Assembly (NCBI GenBank): GCA_029262335.1
Contig: JAJCZQ010000039.1
Span: 2,138 to 66,137 of the forward strand
DNA length: 64,000 nucleotides
From: Deltaproteobacteria bacterium
GTDB taxonomy: Bacteria > Desulfobacterota_D > UBA1144 > Nemesobacterales > JAJCZQ01
Reading direction: 5' to 3'
Of the stretch, positions 19,143-29,204 are shown in pieces. The notes under the pieces are model-generated. The model made no database searches, was not told the origin of the DNA, and saw only the letters and a program-made list of their open reading frames with translations. Each line of letters opens with the position of its first letter. Position 1 is the first letter of the stretch. Position numbers and translations under genes: made by a program.

Positions 19143-21935
19143 TTGTCAAAAAAAAATAATATTTTCCCGGATACTGTAAATGCCGACCTAGCTCTCGAGA
19201 GATACAGTGAGATAAACGGAAGGACAGGCAAAAAAGAAAAGGAAATTTTATACCTCCTTTCTTCCCACAGCAGATTTGCCGGAAGAGCTGCTTTAAGCGA
19301 TCCGGGTATGATCGCCTCAATTACTTCCGTCAATTTTCTGAAAAAGAAAAAAGAGTTGAATGATTATAATCAGGATCTAATTGATATTATCAACAATTCC
19401 GAAGGTGAAGAAGATTTTGGAAGCAGACTGCGAATCTATAAGTACAGGGAGTTTGCCCGGATCCTTTATAAGGATATTTCATTAAAAACAGATTTTATTT
19501 CCATTCTTGAAGAGCTTTCTGACCTTGCTGAATCAATTATTAATGCTGTATGCGTTTATTTTGAAAAGAGCCTTGATACAAAAAAACACGGCAGTTTTTT
19601 TATACTTGCCATGGGTAAACTGGGAGGCCGCCTGCTTAACCTAAGCTCGGATGTTGACCTGATCTATGTATTTAGCCAAAAGAAAGAGACGGACTGCTTT
19701 TTTAAGCTTGCCGAAAAAATAACCAGGTCAATAAGTTCAGTTACAGACCAGGGATTTCTTTACAGAGTGGACCTTGGCCTAAGGCCGGGCGGTAATAAAA
19801 GCACCATAGCTGTTCCTTATGAAGGTGCAGTAGAGCACTACTATTACTGGGGAGATACCTGGGAACGTGCCGCACTGATACAGGCAAGGGCTATTAGCGG
19901 GGACATAGAACTTGGAAATAAATTTATTAAGGATTTGGACCAGTTTGTTTATAAAAAGTCTCTTGATTATGAGTCTATCGAAGACCTGAAGGACATGAAA
20001 GTTAAACTTGATCAGCTAAAAAAACTGGATGATGTAAAACTTGGTAAAGGCGGAATCAGGGAGATTGAATTTTTTGTGCAGGCAAACCAGCTGGTTAATG
20101 CAGGGCAGTTTGAAGAGCTTAAGGGGCTAAATCCGATGGATTGCCTGGACCCCCTTATGAAAAGAAAAATAATTACTCCTGAAGAAGTAAAAGAGTTAAG
20201 AAGTGACTATATATTCCTCAGGCGTGTAGAACACAATCTTCAGATTGTTGATGAGCTTCAAACACAAAAAATACCCTCTGATAAAGATGAACTGCTTAAG
20301 CTGGCAAAAAGACTCGGCTTAGAATCTGTTAAAACTTTTCAGAAAGAATATCTTAAGACAACAGATAATGTTTCTTCGATCTATAATAAACTGTTCCTGG
20401 AATCAACACAGAAAATTGAAGAATATGGCAATGAGTTCTGGCATTTAGCCGATTTCCTTACTGAGGGGAATATCAGTGAAGAAGAAGCTGTTGATGCGCT
20501 TAAAAAACTTGGGTTTGAAAATCCCAATCTTGCAGTTGACCTTATTTCCACATTAATAGATACAAAGAGGGGGGCACTTACACAGAAGGGAAGAATGTTT
20601 TCAAGAAGGGTAATTCCGGCTTTTCTAGGAGCGGTACTTAAATCATACAACCCGGATGTTGCCCTTCTGAACCTGGAGAGGTTTATTACTTCCATAGGCT
20701 GGAAAAGCTCCATTTACGCCGTTTTGCTTGAAAATCCGGATCTTCTGAACCTTATTTCCAGGTTCTTTTCCACAAGCGGTGTACTTTCAAATTTCCTTAT
20801 ACGGCACCCCGAATACCTTGATGTCCTGACCCAGCGTTATGCTCAGTCAGAATACTCGGGTATTGATGAGATGACAGATATATTGAGGGGGCTTGTTGAT
20901 AGTGAGGAAGATTATGAAGGTAAGTTAAATGCACTCAGGCATTTTAAGCATGTTGAAACACTCAAGCTGTGCCTTAGGGACCTAAACCGGGAAGTAGATT
21001 CGGTCTTCGTAGCTAAATACCTCACTCTGATTGCTAACTCTGTACTTAGAGTCGCGCTGGAACTTGCTATTAGCGAGACAAAACACAAATACAAAAAAAG
21101 GAGCGGGCTCAATAAAATTTGTATTCTCGCGATGGGAAAGTTTGGGTCCTCTGAGATGAGCTACAACTCTGACCTTGATATTATTTTTATCTATGAAGGC
21201 AGTGACCATGAGTCCTATTCACGTGTGGGACAAAGGCTTATATCAATACTTTCCGTACCTACAATTGAAGGGGCCTGCTATGAGGTGGACCTTGACCTAA
21301 GGCCGTCCGGAAGGTCCGGCACTTTGGTAACTTCGTATGAATCATTTAAAAATTACCACGAAGACAGCGCACAGCTGTGGGAGAGACAGTCCCTTATAAG
21401 GGCAGTTCCCTGTGCTGGTGATAAAAAACTGTCGGATAAGGTTGCAGGGACTGTGACTGATTTTGTCTATAACAGACCACTTGATAAAGATTTTTATCTG
21501 GAAATTAACAGGCTAAGAGGAAGGATGGAGAAAGAACTTGCAAAGGAAAGTTTGAGTAAGGTTAATATAAAGACAGGAAAGGGCGGAGTAGTTGATATCG
21601 AATTTATTGTACAGATGCTTCAGCTCCGATACGGAAAAAAATACCCGTCAATCAGGCATGGAAACACACTGGATGCAATAAATGCACTTGGTGATAAGAA
21701 CATTCTTGAAAAGAATGAAGTAACAGAGCTTGAAGAAGGTTACAGATTTCTAAGGAGGATGGAAAACCTGATGAGACTGCTAAACGACAAATCAATTAGT
21801 GATATTAAAGACAGCGATTTTGACAGGCTCTCAATTGAATCGAAGACCTGTAAAACAGGAAAAGAATTAAAAAACAGGTATAAAGATATGACCCATCAAA
21901 TAAGGGACATCTACGGGAAATATTTTAATTTATGA
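19143..21935 (+). CDS. glnE: Bifunctional glutamine synthetase adenylyltransferase/adenylyl-removing enzyme
   Basis: 930 aa with two nucleotidyltransferase halves (SDVDLIYVF...YRVDLGLRPGG and SDLDIIFIY...YEVDLDLRPSG). TTG start. Confidence 0.85.
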   Translation: MSKKNNIFPDTVNADLALERYSEINGRTGKKEKEILYLLSSHSRFAGRAALSDPGMIASITSVNFLKKKKELNDYNQDLIDIINNSEGEEDFGSRLRIYKYREFARILYKDISLKTDFISILEELSDLAESIINAVCVYFEKSLDTKKHGSFFILAMGKLGGRLLNLSSDVDLIYVFSQKKETDCFFKLAEKITRSISSVTDQGFLYRVDLGLRPGGNKSTIAVPYEGAVEHYYYWGDTWERAALIQARAISGDIELGNKFIKDLDQFVYKKSLDYESIEDLKDMKVKLDQLKKLDDVKLGKGGIREIEFFVQANQLVNAGQFEELKGLNPMDCLDPLMKRKIITPEEVKELRSDYIFLRRVEHNLQIVDELQTQKIPSDKDELLKLAKRLGLESVKTFQKEYLKTTDNVSSIYNKLFLESTQKIEEYGNEFWHLADFLTEGNISEEEAVDALKKLGFENPNLAVDLISTLIDTKRGALTQKGRMFSRRVIPAFLGAVLKSYNPDVALLNLERFITSIGWKSSIYAVLLENPDLLNLISRFFSTSGVLSNFLIRHPEYLDVLTQRYAQSEYSGIDEMTDILRGLVDSEEDYEGKLNALRHFKHVETLKLCLRDLNREVDSVFVAKYLTLIANSVLRVALELAISETKHKYKKRSGLNKICILAMGKFGSSEMSYNSDLDIIFIYEGSDHESYSRVGQRLISILSVPTIEGACYEVDLDLRPSGRSGTLVTSYESFKNYHEDSAQLWERQSLIRAVPCAGDKKLSDKVAGTVTDFVYNRPLDKDFYLEINRLRGRMEKELAKESLSKVNIKTGKGGVVDIEFIVQMLQLRYGKKYPSIRHGNTLDAINALGDKNILEKNEVTELEEGYRFLRRMENLMRLLNDKSISDIKDSDFDRLSIESKTCKTGKELKNRYKDMTHQIRDIYGKYFNL

Positions 21936-23338
21936 GTGATAAGAGCTGTATCTTTATACTTGCAGACGGTGCAAGAGCGGACCTTTTTGAATATCTTCTG
22001 GATAAAGGCCAACTGCCCAATATCTCTGAATATATAGTAGACAGGGGCAGCTACACAAGCGGCGTCACGGTATTTCCATCCACAACAGGGCCGGCTTATA
22101 CCCCGTACCTTCTCGGCAAATTCCCGGGGAGATGCAACCTGCCAGGCATAAGGTGGTTTGACCGTTACCAGTTTGCAAAGAGCAGGTTCTCGCTAAAAGG
22201 TGTCAGAAGTTACATCGGCCCTGAGACATACCTTATTAACAGCGACCTTGATACAAACGGCACACCGACCCTCTTTGAGCATATACCCAGGAGCGTAAGT
22301 ATCCTCAATGAAATTACTCGCGGCATAAGTTCTAGTGGTGATAAAACAAAGCTTATTAAACTGTATCTGAAGATCAAAAGCCATTTTACCGACAGCAGCA
22401 ATGAAGTAGACGAAGCCGGAGGAAGGCTTCTTATGAATTCATTGGAGGAAAACCCCAATTTCTTATTTTGTGTATTTATGGGAATTGATACATATTCTCA
22501 CCAGACACACCCGTTTCATAAAAAAGTAGTTAACTCTTATAAATATATAGATAGTTATGTCGGAGAAATTGCCAGGTACCTGAAAAAGGAAAACAGCTTT
22601 GATAATACACTTATTGCCATTGGCAGTGACCACGGGCTTACACCGACACATTCACATTTTGATTCACCGCTGTTTATGGATAAATTGGGTTATAAGACAC
22701 TCCATCATACAAATATCTTCAACCATATTGTTGATGCTGATGCTTCCGTAATGGTCTCCGGAAACTCTATGGCACATCTCTATATTAAGAGCAAAGACGG
22801 TTGGCAAAGAAATGCTTACATGGATGAAACGGAAAAAGTTGTAAATGAACTTCTTGGCAGAAACGAAATTGATATAGTGGCGGGTATTAGATCAGATTTA
22901 AAACTGGGGATTAAAAGCTCCAGGGGTGAAGCTCTGGCCTGGAATGAAAATGGAAACATAATGTACCAGGTTGTTGGCAGTGATCCTTTTGGATATAAAA
23001 AAGTCCCAAAAAAAATGACACAGGACTCAGCATTAAAGCATAGCCTTCAGACAAACTACCCGGACGCTGTTGTACAGCTTCTCCAGCTATTTGAATCCCG
23101 AAGGACAGGGGACTTAATAATTAGTGCAAAACCCGGAATAGACCTGAGAGCAAGGCACGAACATCCAGAACACTGTGGTTCACACGGGTCCCTTATAAAA
23201 GAACATATGATGGTGCCTATAGTATTAAGTTCGAAGATTAAGAGCCCTTACGTGAGGAGTTCAGATATATATCCCACAATACTAAATTATCTTGATATTG
23301 AAATTCCACCAGGGATTGACGGTAAATCCCTAATTTAA
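21932..23338 (+). CDS. Alkaline-phosphatase-superfamily protein (type I phosphodiesterase/nucleotide pyrophosphatase-like)
   Basis: 468 aa with ILADGARAD, FPSTTGPAYTP and GSDHG. The start overlaps the glnE stop (ATGA). Confidence 0.65.
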   Translation: MSDKSCIFILADGARADLFEYLLDKGQLPNISEYIVDRGSYTSGVTVFPSTTGPAYTPYLLGKFPGRCNLPGIRWFDRYQFAKSRFSLKGVRSYIGPETYLINSDLDTNGTPTLFEHIPRSVSILNEITRGISSSGDKTKLIKLYLKIKSHFTDSSNEVDEAGGRLLMNSLEENPNFLFCVFMGIDTYSHQTHPFHKKVVNSYKYIDSYVGEIARYLKKENSFDNTLIAIGSDHGLTPTHSHFDSPLFMDKLGYKTLHHTNIFNHIVDADASVMVSGNSMAHLYIKSKDGWQRNAYMDETEKVVNELLGRNEIDIVAGIRSDLKLGIKSSRGEALAWNENGNIMYQVVGSDPFGYKKVPKKMTQDSALKHSLQTNYPDAVVQLLQLFESRRTGDLIISAKPGIDLRARHEHPEHCGSHGSLIKEHMMVPIVLSSKIKSPYVRSSDIYPTILNYLDIEIPPGIDGKSLI

Positions 23339-23836
23339 TTTAAGAAGGTTTTCTATCTCAGTGGTGATAGATTCTTCATTCTTCTTGGTGGATATAGAGA
23401 TTTCTTTTACAAGAAGGCTAAAGGCATTATCCATTATTCTTTTTTCCCCAAAAGATAATTCCTTGTCTTTCCTTAGCTTGTGAATGTCCTTAAGAACTTC
23501 GGCAACTTCGAAAATATCCCCGCTTTTAAGCTTGTCAGCATATTCCCTGTACCTCTTGTTCCAGCTTAAACTTCCATTGCCTGCGGCACTGGGAGATTTT
23601 TTGCCATTTCCAAGTATCTTAAGAATTTTTGGTACTTCTTTTTTTGGCACTACGTGTCTTAATCCAACGGTTTCTGCGTTTGCAGTAGGGACCATTAAAG
23701 TTACATCATTTTCAATAACTTTTAGAATATAGAAAGAAGCTTTGTTCCCGCCAATCTCTTTATCTTCTATCCCCTGAACTTCAACCACTCCGTAATTCGG
23801 ATAAACACCAGTCTGCCCAACCTTAAACATTTTCAT
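23330..23836 (-). CDS. carD: CarD/CdnL-family RNA-polymerase-binding transcription factor
   Basis: 168 aa. The N-terminal FKVGQTGVYPNYGVVEVQGIEDKEIGG...FYILK matches the CarD_CdnL_TRCF domain. Confidence 0.8.
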   Translation of the reverse strand: MKMFKVGQTGVYPNYGVVEVQGIEDKEIGGNKASFYILKVIENDVTLMVPTANAETVGLRHVVPKKEVPKILKILGNGKKSPSAAGNGSLSWNKRYREYADKLKSGDIFEVAEVLKDIHKLRKDKELSFGEKRIMDNAFSLLVKEISISTKKNEESITTEIENLLKLN

Positions 23837-23899
23837 TTAGGGAGGTAAGGGTATCATAAAATAAAGGGCTGGTCAATTTTGCCTGGCCGGACATGCTAA

Positions 23900-25090
23900 A
23901 TGAATAAATGTAAATACCTGATAATTGGCGCCGGAATCACGGGTCTCACTATCGCACATGAGCTCCTTTTAAGGGGCTGTAATAATATTATTCTGATTGA
24001 TAAAGAAATGAATACCGGCGTCCATGCGAGCGGAAGAAACAGCGGTGTGCTGCATGCCGGGATTTATTACACACCCGATTCTCTTAAGGCAAAGTTCTGC
24101 GTTGAGGGCAACACAATGCTCACCCGTTACTGCGATAACAATGATCTGACACTTAACAAATGCGGCAAGGTTATTGTAGCCACCGGAAAGGATAAACTCC
24201 CTTCTCTTTATAAACTCCAGGAAAGGGCAGTTAAAAACGGCGTTTCTTCAAGAATAATAAACTCAGAAGAGTTACGAAAACTTGAACCCGGTGCCTATAC
24301 CTTTCAGGAAGCAATCTTTTCACCGGATACATCTGTATTTAATCCAAGGGAAATATTAGATTCTCTTTATAGTAAAATTGCCGAATCCGGAAAAGTAAAA
24401 ATATTGTTTAATACCGGTTTTATAAGGCCAACAGATTTCGGTGAAGTTTTAACTACTGCCGGAAAAATTAAATATGAAAAACTTATAAATGCATCAGGTG
24501 CTTTCTCGGACCGGATTGCGCACAGCTTTGGGACTGCTGAGAACTATAAAATCCTTCCTTTTCTTGGAACATATACAGAAATAAAAAAAGAATATTCTTA
24601 TTTGGTAAAAGGTAATGTCTATCCCGTCCCGGATGACAGGACCCCTTTTTTAGGAGTTCATTTCACAAGGGGGCATAACGGTACGGTTTATATCGGGCCA
24701 ACTGCTATTCCTGCAATTGGCAGGGAGAGTTATGATTTCACCTCGAACTACTCAATTGAAACACTTGAAATTTTATACAGGGATTTCGTGATGTTTCTTT
24801 CCAGTAATGCTTTCAGGGACAATGCCCTGTCAGAAGTCAGAAAGTATTTTAGTTCCTATCTGTTTGATGAAGCTAAAAAGATGGTCCCGTCACTTGAAAA
24901 GGGCCATGTTATACAGTCCAATAAAGCCGGTATCAGGCCGCAGCTTGTGGACTGGAATAATAAAGAACTGGTAATGGATTTTCTCGTAGTTGAAAAGGAT
25001 AACACCGTACATATCCTGAATGCGATATCCCCTGCATTCAGTTCGTCTATGGCATTTGCAAAATACATAGCGGATGAATATCTGAATTAG
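23900..25090 (+). CDS. lhgO: L-2-hydroxyglutarate oxidase-like FAD-dependent oxidoreductase
   Basis: 396 aa with YLIIGAGITGL, SGRNSGVLHAGIYYTPDSLKAKFC and an LhgO-like overall layout. Confidence 0.65.
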   Translation: MNKCKYLIIGAGITGLTIAHELLLRGCNNIILIDKEMNTGVHASGRNSGVLHAGIYYTPDSLKAKFCVEGNTMLTRYCDNNDLTLNKCGKVIVATGKDKLPSLYKLQERAVKNGVSSRIINSEELRKLEPGAYTFQEAIFSPDTSVFNPREILDSLYSKIAESGKVKILFNTGFIRPTDFGEVLTTAGKIKYEKLINASGAFSDRIAHSFGTAENYKILPFLGTYTEIKKEYSYLVKGNVYPVPDDRTPFLGVHFTRGHNGTVYIGPTAIPAIGRESYDFTSNYSIETLEILYRDFVMFLSSNAFRDNALSEVRKYFSSYLFDEAKKMVPSLEKGHVIQSNKAGIRPQLVDWNNKELVMDFLVVEKDNTVHILNAISPAFSSSMAFAKYIADEYLN

Positions 25091-25095
25091 TTTTT

Positions 25096-26286
25096 TTATG
25101 ATGAAAATGCAAATTTGGTCCCCTGCCTTATGAGTCCTTTAATCAGGATCTTTCTTAGGTTGGGGCTTTTGAGGATGTTTATAACAGCTTCTTTGTGCCA
25201 GTCGAATTTGCCGTTTTGAGATATGTATGAAAGCAGGTCGTCTTTTTTGGCAGCGTCAAAAAGCTGGTTTATTTCATTGTCATTTAAATCTGAATAAAAA
25301 CTATGAAAAAATTCTCCGAATTTCAATTCTTTGGAAAACTCATTTTTAAGCAGTTTCTCATAAACCCGGAGCATGTCAGGATGAAATGATTTATCAGATA
25401 AAGCATCGTTAACTACTCCTGATGCAATTTCTGCGCTTATAAGTCCATAGTATATGCCGCCGCCGGTAGTCGTTTTTACAAGTCCTGCAGCTTCGCCTAC
25501 TGCAAGTATCCTGCTTGAGACCGGGTTTTTAATCCTTCCAAAAGATATACCCCTTCTTTGAATTTTATACTTGCCGGCATACAGATTGTTTTCAAGTCCC
25601 AAATGCCCGAGTATGTTTTCCAACCCCTCCATTGGGTTTTTCTCTGTCATAACGCCGATCTTAGCCCTGCTGTCTTCAAGGGGTATGACCCATCCAAAAA
25701 AACCTCTTGAATACTGGTTGCCCCAGAACATTTTGAGTTTTTCAATATCCTCAACTTCTATTTCTACCTGAATACCTTTAAGGATTTTCTTAGGTCGGCC
25801 CATACCGAGAGATTCCTGTAAATTGAAACTCACTCCCGTGGCAATTACAGCTGTTTTTGCCCTGTAAGTCCTGTTGGTATTTCCCCTTCTGATTTCACAT
25901 TCGACAAAGTTGTCATGGTTTGAAATTGATACGACTTTAGAATCCAGAAAAACTTCTGTCCCGCTTTTTTGGGCCCTTTCTGCAAGTGCATTATCAAACT
26001 GGTGCCTGTCAACTACTACTACCGATTCTTCAGGGTGAGAGTAGTGGATATTGTTGTTAGACGGGGAATAAAGTTCTGCTTCTTTTAACCGTCCTTTTAT
26101 GGCAGATGTCGGCAGGTCAAAACGCCCGAATGCTTCTTTGCTTATTACACCCGAGCAGACCACATCCATACCAATTGAGGGGTCTTTTTCAAAGAGTGCT
26201 ACCTTAAGATTATTGGCGGAAAGGAAATGTGCTGTTTGAAGCCCGCTTGGGCCGCCGCCTATTATTATTGTGTCGAAATCATGCAT
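25096..26286 (-). CDS. Geranylgeranyl reductase-family FAD-dependent oxidoreductase
   Basis: 396 aa with DTIIIGGGPSGL, LAVGEAAGLVKTTTGGGIYY and a length typical of the family. Confidence 0.7.
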   Translation of the reverse strand: MHDFDTIIIGGGPSGLQTAHFLSANNLKVALFEKDPSIGMDVVCSGVISKEAFGRFDLPTSAIKGRLKEAELYSPSNNNIHYSHPEESVVVVDRHQFDNALAERAQKSGTEVFLDSKVVSISNHDNFVECEIRRGNTNRTYRAKTAVIATGVSFNLQESLGMGRPKKILKGIQVEIEVEDIEKLKMFWGNQYSRGFFGWVIPLEDSRAKIGVMTEKNPMEGLENILGHLGLENNLYAGKYKIQRRGISFGRIKNPVSSRILAVGEAAGLVKTTTGGGIYYGLISAEIASGVVNDALSDKSFHPDMLRVYEKLLKNEFSKELKFGEFFHSFYSDLNDNEINQLFDAAKKDDLLSYISQNGKFDWHKEAVINILKSPNLRKILIKGLIRQGTKFAFSS

Positions 26287-26454
26287 AGTATTGATAATAA
26301 AATAATGTGTTAATATTATTCAGCATTAAATGGATAATTCAAAAGTATAGTATTTGTAAATTATTAATTAATTTACCATATGCTGGCCTTGCAAACAATA
26401 CTGTTTCCCATTTAAAATAAAATGATTTTTACATAAAAATAAAAGGAATTATAA

Positions 26455-27744
26455 ATGCCGGAAGTCAGAATTATTAGGAATTATGTAGGATTTGAAAATT
26501 CACATACTCTCGATTCATATCTTGAAAGGGGAGGGTATGCAGCCTTTAAAACGAGCCTTGCAAAAGACCCGGATGAAGTAACTGAAATTGTTAAGAAGTC
26601 CGGCCTGCGCGGAAGAGGCGGAGCGGGTTTCCCTACGGGTATGAAATGGAGTTTTATTCCCAAAGATGTTGATAAACCCGTATATCTTTGCTGCAATGCT
26701 GATGAAAGTGAACCGGGTAGTTTTAAGGACAGGGAAATCCTTGAGAAAGACCCGCACCAGATGCTGGAAGGTATAGCAATTGCGTGTTATGCGATAGGTT
26801 CTCACAAAAGTTATATATATATTCGCGGCGAGATGCCTTATGGAGCTAAGATTATCCAGGGCGCGATAGATGAAGCATACGAAAAAGGATATCTGGGCAA
26901 AAATATATTTAATACAGGATTTGACCTTGATATTTCACTCTACAGGGGCGCAGGCGCTTATATCTGCGGTGAAGAGACAGGCCTTCTCGAATCCATTGAA
27001 GGTAAGAACGGCGAACCAAGGCCAAAACCGCCATTCCCTGCACAGGTTGGACTGTTTGGTTGCCCAACCATTGTAAATAATGTCGAGACTCTGGCCTTTG
27101 TACCTCATATAATAAATAATGGCCCTGATTGGTTTGCAGCAATCGGGACCCCAAAAAATACCGGGACAAAAATCTATGGACTCAGCGGCTGTATAAATAA
27201 ACCGGGTTTGTATGAACTACCACTTGGAATAACTATCAGGGAGCTTATAGACGAATACGGCGGAGGAGTAGTTAATGGAAATAAAGTAAAAGCCATATCC
27301 CCGGGTGGTTCATCTTCAGCGCTTTTAACTGCAGATGACCTTGATATGCCGCTTGACTTTGATACCATGGCAAAAGCCGGTTCCATGCTGGGTACTGCCG
27401 GAGTTACGGTAATGGATGAAACAGTATGTATGGTAAGGGTTGCTCAGAACCTTGCTCATTTTTACCGTGATGAATCCTGCGGGCAGTGTGTTCAGTGCCG
27501 GGAAGGTACGTGGTGGCTTGAAAAGATACTCAGGGGCATTGAAGAAGGCAGGGGTACAATGGAGCAAATAGATATTCTGCTTGATGCGTGTTCCCAGATG
27601 AGGGGTACTACCATCTGCGCTCTTGCTGATGGATGTGCAATGCCTGTGGATTCTATTGTCAGGAAATTCAGGCATGAATTTGAAGAACATATAAATCTTG
27701 GCAAATGTCCTCATGATAATCCGTGTATGGGCGACTGGAATTAA
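26455..27744 (+). CDS. nuoF: NADH:quinone oxidoreductase subunit F-type flavoprotein (stand-alone)
   Basis: 429 aa with GLRGRGGAGFPTGMKWSF (FMN site), NADESEPG and ESCGQCVQCREG (N3 cluster). No nuoE or nuoG is adjacent. Confidence 0.85.
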   Translation: MPEVRIIRNYVGFENSHTLDSYLERGGYAAFKTSLAKDPDEVTEIVKKSGLRGRGGAGFPTGMKWSFIPKDVDKPVYLCCNADESEPGSFKDREILEKDPHQMLEGIAIACYAIGSHKSYIYIRGEMPYGAKIIQGAIDEAYEKGYLGKNIFNTGFDLDISLYRGAGAYICGEETGLLESIEGKNGEPRPKPPFPAQVGLFGCPTIVNNVETLAFVPHIINNGPDWFAAIGTPKNTGTKIYGLSGCINKPGLYELPLGITIRELIDEYGGGVVNGNKVKAISPGGSSSALLTADDLDMPLDFDTMAKAGSMLGTAGVTVMDETVCMVRVAQNLAHFYRDESCGQCVQCREGTWWLEKILRGIEEGRGTMEQIDILLDACSQMRGTTICALADGCAMPVDSIVRKFRHEFEEHINLGKCPHDNPCMGDWN

Positions 27745-27756
27745 CTAAATTCCATA

Positions 27757-28272
27757 ATGAGTAACAGGTTAAAATTTCTAAAAATATATTACCTTCCTAT
27801 ATTAATTGCTTTAATCATATCCATAACTCAGTTTGTATTAAGCACCAATTTTACACTTACCAGATGGGAAGGTGGCGGTTTTGGAATGTACTCCGAACCA
27901 AATCCCAATAATGCGAGGATTGTTGGCATATCGATCAAAAATCCTGAAGGAGAAATAAACCTTCGTCTAAGTCCACCTGATGAAATGATCTTACTTTATT
28001 TTAAGAAAATGAAAGGTAAGGAAAGGGATGAATGGGATAAATTGATTAAAGATTCAGACAGGATCAGACGTTTCCCAAAGTATGCTCTTACCGATGAATA
28101 TATAAGAAAAATTTCGAATGAATTATTAGATATAAATTATAGTTTAAAAACGAAGATGAGATCAAATAATAATCCAATAACTGCTAATGTTTATGTAATG
28201 CAGTTAAATATGAATAATAAAGATAATAATATTCAAACCAACGTGCTGTATTCAAAAATTTTGGATATTTAA
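27757..28272 (+). CDS. Hypothetical membrane-anchored protein
   Basis: 171 aa with one N-terminal TM segment and no motif I recognise. It starts 12 nt after nuoF and is visibly AT-rich. Confidence 0.5.
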   Translation: MSNRLKFLKIYYLPILIALIISITQFVLSTNFTLTRWEGGGFGMYSEPNPNNARIVGISIKNPEGEINLRLSPPDEMILLYFKKMKGKERDEWDKLIKDSDRIRRFPKYALTDEYIRKISNELLDINYSLKTKMRSNNNPITANVYVMQLNMNNKDNNIQTNVLYSKILDI

Positions 28273-28281
28273 AATATAATA

Positions 28282-29157
28282 ATGTTTTTTTCAAATCTCC
28301 TAAAAAGATATAAGACGCAGGAATTAATTTTATTATTATTTTTTATATTCTTAATTGTTTCAACTCTAAACCCTTACAGACTTGAGTATTTTGTTAAGTT
28401 TTTAATATTGCCGATCTCAATTGTTGTACTTGTTTTTCCAACTTTATTAAAAGAATGGATTGTTTGGTTGTTAACTTCTGTCTTTCTTGTTTTGAATCTA
28501 TATTTTAACTATCTTCATACTTCAAATCATCTGTTTATTGCAACATATTTTTCCTGGATTGTAACATTAATATTAATTTCCAAAGATGATTTCCACGATG
28601 CAATAAGGATTTCCTCAAAGTATCTTTTAGTGTTGGTTTTGGGGATGGCAACAATTCATAAAATTACTTCCCAGGAATTTTACAGTGGGAGTTTTATGTC
28701 CTTTGAATTTTTATTAGGATTGAGAAGTTTTTTCCCCATCATAATATTATGGCCGAATTTTAGTAGCTATATATTGGAAAACCGTTCAATTTTCTCAGGA
28801 ATATTAAATAATAATTTTGATGAGGAAAATATTTATAATGTTGTCTCTCCGGGGGAAGAATTTTTTATTTTTGCAAAGATACTCTCCTTCATTACTATTT
28901 TTTATGAAGCAGTAGTAGTCTTATTTCTTCTAATTTACCCAAGATACAGAAGACTTACTCATATTCTGCTAATATCTTTTATCTGGTTTACTTATATTTA
29001 TACAAATGAAAATGCTTTTTTTTCGATGCTTTGCATATTGGGTTATGCAATCTGTTATAACGATCAGAAAAGATTCAGGACACTTTATGTAATTACAATA
29101 ATATTAATTCTATCAATGGATGTACTCAGCTTTAGGCCGGGATTTTTGGGATATTAA
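28282..29157 (+). CDS. Hypothetical polytopic membrane protein (about 9-10 TM)
   Basis: 291 aa, strongly hydrophobic and periodic, very AT-rich, with no recognisable motif. Confidence 0.5.
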   Translation: MFFSNLLKRYKTQELILLLFFIFLIVSTLNPYRLEYFVKFLILPISIVVLVFPTLLKEWIVWLLTSVFLVLNLYFNYLHTSNHLFIATYFSWIVTLILISKDDFHDAIRISSKYLLVLVLGMATIHKITSQEFYSGSFMSFEFLLGLRSFFPIIILWPNFSSYILENRSIFSGILNNNFDEENIYNVVSPGEEFFIFAKILSFITIFYEAVVVLFLLIYPRYRRLTHILLISFIWFTYIYTNENAFFSMLCILGYAICYNDQKRFRTLYVITIILILSMDVLSFRPGFLGY

Positions 29158-29204
29158 AATATTAAAAAACGCAACCTCTTTTCTTTTTTTTCATCATAAA
29201 TTTA

